Part shown: piece by piece, positions 50,035 through 61,400 of the stretch
How positions within the stretch are numbered: position 1 is the stretch's first letter
Layout: each line of letters starts with the position of its first letter
From: Saccostrea echinata
Lineage: Eukaryota
Length of the DNA: 64,000 nucleotides
Direction of reading: 5' to 3'
Assembly: GCF_033153115.1 (NCBI RefSeq)
Contig: NW_026889758.1
Span: 7,502,001 to 7,566,000, forward strand
Translations under genes and position numbers: made by a program
The notes under the pieces: model-generated
Told to the model about the DNA's origin: nothing
Database searches by the model: none
The model's input: the letters and a program-made list of their open reading frames with translations, nothing else

Positions 50035-50872
50035 TTAATGGCAGGGGCTAAATATATCTTAGTTTGATTATAGCAGGGCTGGGTACAAATCTCAGATCAA
50101 TATTAAATAATGGCAGGACTGGGTACATCTCAAATCAATATTTCATAATGGCAGGACTGGGTACATCTCAGATCAATATTTTATAATAGCAGGACTGGGT
50201 ACATCTCAGATCAATATTTTATAATGGCAGGACTGGGTACATCTCAAATCAATATTTTATAATGGCAGGACTGGGTACATCTCAAATCAATATTTTATAA
50301 TGGCAGGACTGGGTACATCTCAAATCAATATTTTATAATGGCAGGACTGGGTACATCTCAGATCAATATTTTATAATGGCAGGACTGGGTACATCTCAAA
50401 TCAATATTTTATAATGGCAGGACTGGGTACATCTCAAATCAATATTTTATAATGGCAGGACTGGGTACATCTCAGATCAATATTTTATAATGGCAGGACT
50501 GGGTACATCTCAGATCAATATTTTATAATGGCAGGACTGGGTACATCTCAGATCAATATTTTATAATGGCAGGACTGGGTACATCTCAAATCAATATTTT
50601 ATAATGGCAGGACTGGGTACATCTCAGATCAATATTTTATAATGGCAGGACTGGGTACATCTCAGATCAATATTTTATAATGGCAGGACTGGGTACATCT
50701 CAGATCAATATTTTATAATGGCAGGGCTGGGTACATCTCAGATCAATATTTTATAATAGCAGGACTGGGTATACATCTCAGATCCATCATGGCAGGACTG
50801 GGATACATCTCAGATAGATGCAATGGCAGGGCTGGGTACATCTCAGATCAATAAAGGCAGGGCTGGGTACTT
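50035..50872. repeat. 38-bp minisatellite upstream of DDX49
   Basis: About 18 near-identical copies of TATTTTATAATGGCAGGACTGGGTACATCTCA(G/A)ATCAA plus degenerate flanking copies. Confidence 0.97.
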
Positions 50873-50941
50873 GCATTTACTTAATAGAATACGTGACACT
50901 AGATAACTGAAAAATGAACTGCTCTATCTTATGTATTGGTT

Positions 50942-51759
50942 AACTAGAAATATGTCCATAGGACATGAATGCCCCGCCGAGGGTATATTAGTAATGCAAC
51001 ATTTTAACACAAATTGAGAAAAGTGAGGTCAAGGTCAAAGGAAAGGTCAAGGTGAAAAAATATTGATGCAGTTGAATAGCTTACAGTATGTATCAGCATA
51101 TGAAGTTTGACACTAATTTAAGAAAAGTGAGGTCAAGGTCAAAGGAAAGGTCGAGGTAAAAAATTGTTGATGCAGTTGAAAAGCTTACATCAGTATGTAT
51201 TAGCATATGAAGTTTGATAAAAATATTATGAATGGTTTCTATAAAACTGAGCTAAACACTAATTTAAGAAAAGTGAGGTCAAGGTCAAAGGAAAGGTCAA
51301 GGTCAAAAAATATTGATGCAGTTGCATAGCTCTTGTCAGTATGTATCAGCATATGAAGTTTGACACTAATTTAAGATAAGTGAGGTCAAGGTCAAAGGAA
51401 AGGTCAAGGTCAAAAAATGTTGATGCAGTTGCATAGCTTACATCAGTATGTATCAACATATGAAGTTTGATTACACTATCTTGAATGGTATCTTTAAAAC
51501 TGAGCTAAACACTAATTTAAGAAAAGTGAGGTCAAGGTCAAATGAAAAGTCAAGGTCAAAAAATGTTGATGCAGTTGCATAGCTCTCATCAATATCTATC
51601 AGCATATGAAGTTTGATAAAAATATCTTGGATAGTTTCTTTGAAACCGAGTTTTGAACAGAGCTAAACGCAAAGCGTGACGGAAGGACAGACAGAAGGAC
51701 GGAAGACGGACATGACAAACACTATATGCCCCGGCCATATTCATGACGGGGCATAAAAA
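50942..51759 (+). mobile_element. HINE with GAGGTCAAGGTCAAAGGAAAGGTCAAGGTC tandem repeats
   Basis: 5' AACTAGAAATATGTCCATAGGACAT, five repeats, GACG/GACA microsatellite and 3' hairpin TATGCCCCG...CGGGGCATAAAAA. Confidence 0.8.
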
Positions 51760-54572
51760 TATCTCATTATATAGCCAATCCACTAAAAGTGCACAAACAT
51801 GCATTTTTGGAGACATGTGACTCAACTGGTATAGGCAGTAGTAAAAAAAAGAAAAAAATTCCAAATATTTTGCCAGGTTTGCCTCAAATTGAACCATGTC
51901 TTCAACATTCTAAGGTTCAACTTTTCCTAAAATTTTATAAGAGTCATAGGCCGGCTGATCTGTAGCTCATTGGTGTGAAAAAATTGACAGTTGCCCATCC
52001 TAATGTTTTCAGACCAAAGAGATAGAGATCTGCTGAAAAAATTAATTCTCAAGTTTTTTTGAGATCTTCTACAGTCAGATGGATGGACAGATTGACATCA
52101 CGGGCAAACATTAAAGGTCACTCCTTACATTCTTGGCAGGGGTAATAACAATATACACATTGTACGGTATTCTCTTGATCAATTTTACATGTAATGATTT
52201 TATTGAACAATATAATTTCTAACTGTTACAAAATTTAACATTTGTATCAATGCTTATTCTCTAACAGTGAATGTAACATATACTACTAGACACACATGTA
52301 TATATCAGTATAAGATTAATCAGATTTGTTAATCCCTATAAATAAATATAGAACACAAATACATGGAAAGATTAATTGGATTTCTTAATCTTTACAGTAC
52401 ACATTAAACAAGACATGAAAACAGTTTGTGTATCAGAATTACATTTGCTGCAACTGAAAAAAAATTGCATTTTTTTTTTAAAGGAAAGTCAATTATGCAC
52501 GGTAAAACACACTTACAGCAAAGTGTCAGGGATGAACAATATTGATTCATTATAAATGTAATTTGTTATATCCAATAAGAATATGTTTCAAATCCACAAG
52601 GAATGTAAATCACTTCGCAGTAAGCATGAATTTATTATGAGTGTGTTTGCTATAACCATGTTGTTCTGTACTGATTCATTCACCAACAGTACACCAATAA
52701 TCAAAAGTTTTAAATTCAAGGAACAGGATATAAAATAACAGAGGTTTGAAGTTATACCTTAACAAATGTACACTGCACGTTATTCTACATGTAATACATG
52801 TATATAAACTAAACTATACAACATGCATGGAATTAGTTCTTGATAATCCATGAAGAAAGGAGCTGTGCCTGGAGTTATTTTTTTTTTCAATAGATGATGT
52901 TACCATACATGTACACTGGCACAAGCTAGCTACATGTACATCTAATGATATCAGATATCTAGCTATTCACACGTATACACATACATTACTCATGATGCAT
53001 GAGAATTTCTCTTTCCTATATTAATCAAATTGTAATTTATTTTGAAGTACATGCAGGTTAAATAATGGTGGGAAAATAAAAATTTCTTAGAATACATACC
53101 CATGTCAAATGATCAACAAACTATACAGTGCATGAAAATTAATATTATGCTGCAATACAGTCATCCAAAAACTAACAGTATCAAACAATACTGGCCTTAT
53201 ATTCAGATTAATATATCCACATCTCAATACAGGATTATGCTCTGGAATCACCAAATGAGTCAATTCTATTTTCTCAATGCATTTCTGTCACATTAAATTG
53301 TAGTACAGTTAACTATTAATTTCATTCTTCATGCACAAGCACTGAAAGTTTAGGTTTCCTTTGTGTAAATTTTGCTGTACAGGAATTTACTGTATGACAA
53401 AAACTAAATATACTGTACTTGTATAATTTAATCTATCAATTTTTATGGAAAAGTTTCCAAGAATAAAAAGACTCATACTTAGCCATTAAATATAATCTAA
53501 CAAAATGACTACCATGAGATTTCTGAGACAAACAATCATATTAAAACTGTGTAATAACTGATTTATACACACGCATCCTACATTGTATATTGCACATTAG
53601 TATTTTAAAAACGTAAAAGGACTAGGTGTTAGAACAAATACATATACTGTATACTCATAATATAGCACCATAAAAAAATCAAAATTAAAAAGATACAATT
53701 ATTAAACAATTCTTGTGCAAAAAATAAAGAAATCTGAGATACACATAAAAAAGTTAATCTGACTGATGAACTGGTTATTAAAAATATCAGTAATTGCCAA
53801 TAAATGTGAACACTAAATCAACAAGATCTTTGAATTTTATTCACAATGAGAACCCTCATATCTGCACAGCTTCATATGATGTTATTCACACCGAATTAAC
53901 CAGAATATTTATTTAGAGAAGTTTTCTATTACTTTATCAGATTTGAAGGGAGTGGACCAAACATTGGAATTAATTATCCTGGTTTTTTGCACTAAAATTT
54001 GACAAGTATGCAATTATAAAAAGAAAAGGAAAAAGTTTCAATAACAATTTATAAACAACAAAAATTAAGTTTTTTTTACAGTGAGTACTTGTAAAAGTAC
54101 AACAAACTTATACATGAAGCTCCAACTCCCTCCACCTTTCCACAACTGTTGCCTTGTGATGAAGGTGTCTTGGTGTCACACTTGTGATGAAAGAAATTTT
54201 TAGCATTTCAGAAAAAGTGCAATAACTATCAAATACTGCTATTTTAAAGTAACAATGCTGAACATAGATGAATTGCCTATCCCTATGCCTTCTCATACAT
54301 GTACAATGATATATTGTATAGTGAACATGTAGCTTTCAAACATGTAGAAATGTGATATAGTTTTGACTCATTGCTATGTTTAAGTACTGTGACATAAAAG
54401 TTCATAACATTATCAAGAAATACTTGTTTTCAACAGTGATACTGAATATCATGTTCCATGGAGTAACATATACATGTATATACAATTTTTTCATTGTTGT
54501 TAAAATAAAATTTACAGAATAACATAGAGTTGGTCCTTTTTAATTGTACCTTTAACAATTCCCTGTATAGTA

Positions 54573-54789
54573 CTGTGGAATCATTTTAATTCGTGGGGGT
54601 CAATGTTCGTGGGCCAGCAAAATTTTACTTGTTCGTGGGGACTTAATTTCGTGGGTTACTCGTTTATACGGAAGATTTAATGAATTAATATGTTTGCAAA
54701 AAACGTTCGTGGGGATGTTAATTCGTGGGTACGGGTGACCCACGAAATCCACGAACATTGGTCCCCCACGAACAATGATGATTCCACAG
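54573..54789. mobile_element. Tc1/mariner-type MITE in the probable GNB5 3' UTR
   Basis: TA|CTGTGGAATCAT ... ATGATTCCACAG|TA, with internal TTCGTGG repeats. Confidence 0.85.
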
Positions 54790-55439
54790 TATGACATGTA
54801 GTTAAAATATTCTGCTGTGTATAGATGAACTGTATTGAACAGAACTCATATATAAAATTGTACTTCCAATTGTACATGGTGAGTGAACTATATTGAATAG
54901 AATTCATACTAAATTGTGCTTACATCATGATATGGTGAGAAAACTTTATTAAATAGAAGTCGTTCTCTGCCATGTGTACTATTGATACCTCACAGGCAGG
55001 TTTGACTATTTCTTGGTTATGTGTTGTATTTTCAAAAAAAAAATGTAGCGCTACTGCACACAAGAAATCAAGGTGAAAAGTAGCAGTAATGAGTTGTTAT
55101 TTCTAGCAATGTAGTGGTAATGTGCTGCGCTCCTTTCCCAAAGAGTATATCCTTTCAATTTACCCCATTCTGCACTACTTCTACAATGTATATCATACAT
55201 TTACCTATTACACTTTTCACATCCATACATCCTTACACTGCAGGAAAGTAAAAATTTTCCTGAACACCTACACACTGAATGCAACACATGACAAAAACTC
55301 TAAATACAATATGTCTGAAGATAAAACAGTACAAAAATGTTGCTCCTATAAAAAATGTGGTCCTTTCTTGAGACATGGAAAGCATTCCTACTTCACATAA
55401 TTCTGGATTTCACATGTGCTCTATATATGCTGGTAATAA

Positions 55440-58400
55440 TTATGCCCATATCTGAAAAGAGAAAGAAGAATAAGATACATTACAAGTAATGGCTTTATTA
55501 ATACACAAAATATACGTTGTTAATTCATGTCAAACCAAATATTTCAAAACAAGAACTAAAATCATTGTATATCGTGGACTTCCAAATTGACCAAATGCAA
55601 AGACTGAAATGAAAGGCAGAAAATCATTCCCTGATCTTAATTAAGGAAATATGATAAAACAAAAGCTGCAGGTAACAATACAGAACATTCAGAGTCATAG
55701 AGTCAAGTCATAGTACCAGATGACTTTTCCATCAAAATCTGACCTTTAGTGTGTAATCCCAGCTTCCTGTACATAGAGCTGTCCCATCAGGAGACACTCC
55801 CAGACAGCTGACTCGGTTCTCATGAGCATACAATATGGAAACTCGGTGACCTTTGAGAACATCCCAGATGTTGACAGTGTAGTCGTTATATCCTCCAAAC
55901 AGAAGACGTCCTAGGAAACAAAGGTAAAGGTATACGTAAATCATTTGTTAATACAATGTTCATGTAATCAGATGTTAATGCTTTCTACACAATGAGGTTA
56001 AACATTTACATGTACACTTGAATGTACACAAGTAATAAAACTTGCAAGCCAAAGATATAAACAAAAAATTTGGCTAGCCTTTACACAGTCTTCAAAACTG
56101 TTAACTCTGTTTACATGAGTATTCTGGTACTTGATCACATATTTCACTACTTTTGAAGAAGTAATCAGAGGTCTGACTTGTACAAGTACTTACTGATGGA
56201 AAAGCAATTTGAAACCTGATTTTTTACTTTCTGAGTTATGTGTCACTGATTTGAGGTCTGATTTGTATTAACTACTGATGGAGAACTGATTCAGTCTGAA
56301 TTGTGTGTTCCATAGATTTGAAGTCTGACTTGTACTTACCACTGATGTAGAAGTGATCTAATGTCTGACTTGTACTTAACACTGATGGACAGGTGATCCA
56401 ATGTCTGACTTGTACTTACCACCGATGTAGAAGTGATCTAATGTCTGACTTGTACTTACCACCGATGTAGAAGTGATCTAATGTCTGACTTGTACTTACC
56501 ACTGATGGAGAAGGATATGACATCTGACCTTTACTGAACACTAATGGCGAAATGACTATCTTACTTGTACTTACCACTCATGGAGAAATGACTGAATGTC
56601 TGACTTGTAATCTCCACTGATGTAGAAGTGATCTAAAGTCTGACCTGTGTGGGCCCTCTTATATGAATCTGACTTATGTGGACTACAGATATGAATTCTG
56701 ACTTACCACTGATGTAGAAGTGATCTAATGTCTGACCTGTGTGGGTCCTTTAATATGAATTTGACTTATGTGGACTACAGATATGAAGTCTGACTTATGT
56801 GGACTACAGATATGAAGTCTGACTTACGTGGACCACAGATATGAAGTCTGACTTACCACTGATGGAGAAGTGATCTACTGTCTGACCTGTGTGGGCCCTC
56901 TTATATGAATCTGACTTATGTGGACTACAGATATGAAGTCTGACTTATGTGGACCCCAGATATGAAGTCTGACTTATGTGGACCCCAGATATGAAGTCTG
57001 ACTTACCACTGATGGAGAAATCCACAGAATTACAACCAAAGATCAGACTCTCCTTCTTATAACAGTTCACCTCCCTGTCAGCTCTCAGGTCAAACAACCT
57101 GCACTGTAATCAATTATTTAAAATTGTAATGCAATAACTGCACTTATTGACAGATTTAGCCTATATTTAAACTTATTTCTGACAATTACTAGTTAGTTCA
57201 CAATATTATGCTGGTTAAACCAAACTTCATGATGCAACAAGAGATGTTTGTGAAACACTTATGCCCCCCAATAATTGGAATTTTTGTAAGTCCAAGGGGC
57301 ATAACTCTGTCAAAAATTGCTCAATCATACCCAGAACAGAACTTGACTTGATATTTTTATGATAAATCTGTAAACCAAATTTCATTTCAGTGTGTGCAAC
57401 CTCTGTAAAGAAAATGAACGGAAACTGCAAATAATTGGAATTTTCTTAAGTCCATGGGGTATAATTCTGTCAAAAATTGCTCGATCATACCCAAAACAGA
57501 ACTTGACCTAGATATTCTTATGATAAATCTGTATACCAAATTTCCTTTCAGTATGTGCAACCTCTGCAAAGAAAATAAAGAAACTGTTGGTGGACCAACA
57601 GACAGACTGACCGACAGACAGCAGCAAAGCAATTCTTTAGAGCTTATACATGTATATAGGTTATGGTGAAAATACTGAACATACAGTGGCGTCATCAGAT
57701 CCTGTGGCGAAGGCATCTCCACTAGGATAAAACCTGACGCTGTTGATATCTGAGTCATGGCCCTCAAACATCTGTACACACTCTCCAGTCCGCATGTCCC
57801 ACACATTGGCCACTTTATCACAACCCTATTCACCAAGCAGACTTTATTATCTTTACTAATCTTTCTAAACATAACATTACAGTTGAAAAAAAAAAAAACC
57901 CAACAGTTTTCTAAATATTTCCCACTTTAAGTTCATTTATATGAGGAGGAACAAAACATACCCCAGACACAAACATATTTCCAGTCTCTGATGGGGAGAG
58001 ATCAATACTCATGACATCACCAGCATGTCCATGGAAACTCTGTATCAGCTGACCACTCTCCACATCCCATAATGCACATGTGCTATCTCCACTTCCTGTT
58101 AAAATCTGTAATGATGAAAATATTTGTCTACTTACAAAATTTATGTTAAACTTGACACAGGAGAATTCATATACATGACTACCCTAGCAGGATTCATAAA
58201 ATCATACATGTATTTGAATGCACACATAGTAATGAATGCATATATATATGATGTACTATATATATACCTATAAAACAAGTCTTATGTTCATATAAAATAT
58301 TTTGGGTATTCCCCTACTTGTATGTCTTTTCTATCAATCAAGCAATTCTTTCCCTCTTATGTATATGTATATTGTATTTCGTGTGTATGATCATAATCAT

Positions 58401-61400
58401 TATATACATTTTAACAATGTACTTTCTTTTTGCCGCATGAGGGCCCTTAATTGGTCAATAAACGAATTGAATTGAATTCAATATACATTACATGTAAAAA
58501 ATAATTACAATGCAAATGGCACATGTATGTTGATATTTGACTCTATGTTTACAATTCACTGTAAATGTAAATTAATTTTAAATTAGAACAAATGAAAAAT
58601 TAGCTACCAATGATAACAGATCTTATAATAATACAGTTCTGATGACGACCGTCTCTGGTCGAAACCGGTCAACTAAATAAATTCACTTATGCATTCTCAC
58701 AAAGTGTTGGAGATCTGTTTGTTCCGTTAAGATCTTATAATAGTTAGAATGTCTTGCTGCTTGTCTGTTGATCTGAGAAGGCAAACACACAACAATAAAA
58801 GTTTCATATTAAGTGAATGGCAACATTTTATCCATTTGATTGATTACCTGTTTGTCTGAGGTGGTAAAGATACAATGGGACAGGCAGCTAGTGTGGCCGG
58901 TAACTGATTACCTGTTATCACAGGTGGTAAAGGTATAAAAGGACATGTAACTAGTGTGGGTGGTTACTGATTACCTGTTTATCACAGGTGGTAAAGGTAC
59001 AACAGGACATGAAACTAGTGTGGGTGGTTACAGATTCTCTGTTTATCTGACAAGGTAAAGATACAACAGGACATGTAACTAAGTGTGGGTGGTTACTGAT
59101 TTCAAGTTTACCAGAAGGGGTAACATACAACAAGACATGTAACTAGTGTGAGTGGAAACTGATTACCTGTTTATCTGAGGTGGTAAAGGTACAACAGGAC
59201 ATGTAACTAGTGGGGTGGTAACTGATTACCTGTTTATCAGTGGTTGTTAAAATACAACATGTATCCATTGTGGGTGGTTACAGATTACCTGTTTATCTGA
59301 GGTGGTAAAGGTACAACAGGACAGGTGACTAGTGATGTGGGTGGAAACTGATTACCTGTTTGATTGACTGATTACCTGTTTGTCTAAGGTCAATAAATGT
59401 ACAAAAGGACATATGAATAGCACAGATGGTAAATGATTATCTTTTTATCTGAGCCTTTAAAGATACAAGACAGTTAACTGATTACCTTTTTTGACTTATT
59501 GATCAGCTGTCTTAATGGTCAATAGGATAGATAACTGATTACCTGAATGATTTATTGAGTTGTGTGATGTAGTAAAGGTACAAAAAGATTGTAATCAGTG
59601 TGAGTTGTAACAGATTTCCTGTTTGTGTTTAGGTGGTAACAGGTGAATGGTGTGGGTGGCAACTGATTACTTATTGGATTGGTTGATTTCCTGATTGTCT
59701 GAGGTGGTAAAGGTACAACAGGACAGGTAGTTAATGTGGGTTGTAACTGACTATGTTTGTCTGAGGTGGTTAAGGTACAACAAGACCGATAACTAGGTGA
59801 GAGAGTAGGTGGTAGCTGATTATCTGTTTGTCTGAGGTTGTTAAAGTACAAAAAAAAGATAACTAGGTGGGAATGTGGGTGTTAACTGACTACCTGTTTG
59901 TTTGAGGTGGTTCAGGTACAAGAAGACAGATAACACAGTGGGAGAGTGGGTGGTAACTGATTACCTGTTTGTCTGATGTGGTTTAAGCACAACAGGGCAG
60001 GTAGCTAGTGTGAGTGGTAACTGATTACCTGTTTGTCTGAGGTGGTAAAGGTACAACAGGACAGGTAGCTAGTGTGAGTTGCAACTGCTCTCTTTTTGGT
60101 TGCTGGGTCATCATCCATACTCAGAGGGTAAATTGTACATTTATTGTCTAACCCTCTACAATGTAAATAACCAGTCTGCAAGATTTTGAATTTTATATAG
60201 ATAAATTATACAGGACTATTATTTGTTTGCACCACACATGTTTGGGATAAGTGACAGTATAGATCTTTATCACAACTATTGCTGCAATTGTTCTCAACTG
60301 TACATGTAAAGTAATGCATAAGTTATGACATGTCATGTTTAACTCACCTAAAAACAATAACAAAATATTACCACACAGCACTGTCTTCACTCACTACCCA
60401 TCAATTATTTTTCACTTGTAGTTTCTGAACTGTTAAAAGCCTAGAAGCTTATCTTAAATTCTGATATGAACATACAGAAAAATTAACAGATTTTACTTTG
60501 CTCATAATTATTTTCACATTTCCTTTCCAAAATATATTAATCAAATTGAATTGACAGAACTTAATCTATTATTTAATTTACAATGTTAATTTTGTATATC
60601 TATCCTGCCTAAATGCTTGGAAAACAAACTGCAACAACAATATAGCTGTATATTTTTTTCACTAACAATATAGCTGTATCTATATTATATTCACTAACCC
60701 ACAAGCAACAACCTCTCCAGTCGGTCCGTACGAACAAGCCATCACCCATGTTGTTGGCATAGTAACTGCATGTTCCTGTAAAAAAAGAAAGTAAAAAAAG
60801 AATATACCATGCCTTTAACTGTTTTGTGCCTAAATATCTTTAACTGTTTTGTGTCTAAATATAAAGCAATGCAAAGGTTAAAAAAATACAGGCTTCTGTA
60901 CCTTGTTTGTTGTGAATGCATCCCAAACCAACATCTTTCCATCCTGAAATAATCAGTGATACCGAGCTTAAGACAAACTTTCTTAAAAATCACATACATG
61001 TATCCTAGTATACCTCAAGATTCTTGTTTTAATTCAACAATAGTATCTACTTACAAGAATTATATTGATATATATTGGATAAACAAGTATCTGTAATTAC
61101 ATTCATGTCTAGACAACTATGCAAAATTTGACACAAAATTTTCCCAAAAAATTGATTAAAAAGTTATATGTATTTTTGGACTAAACATAAAAACCCTTTG
61201 TTTTGCATGTTTAAGCCACAATTTGTACTAATGTACACATCTGACACTGCAAAAGATGAAGTGCCCCTACCAAACAATATAAATTCAATTTTGAGAATCA
61301 TTATTTAGGACCACTAGTCCTTGAATGTCTTTGGAATAACATATCAAAAGATTTGGACATCCCCTTTCCCATACATGACTTAGAAGTAGTTGCCTAGATG

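Noticed and set aside
50035-50872. CRISPR-like array
   Set aside because: Units are head-to-tail with no unique spacers, no cas genes, and the context is eukaryotic: a minisatellite.
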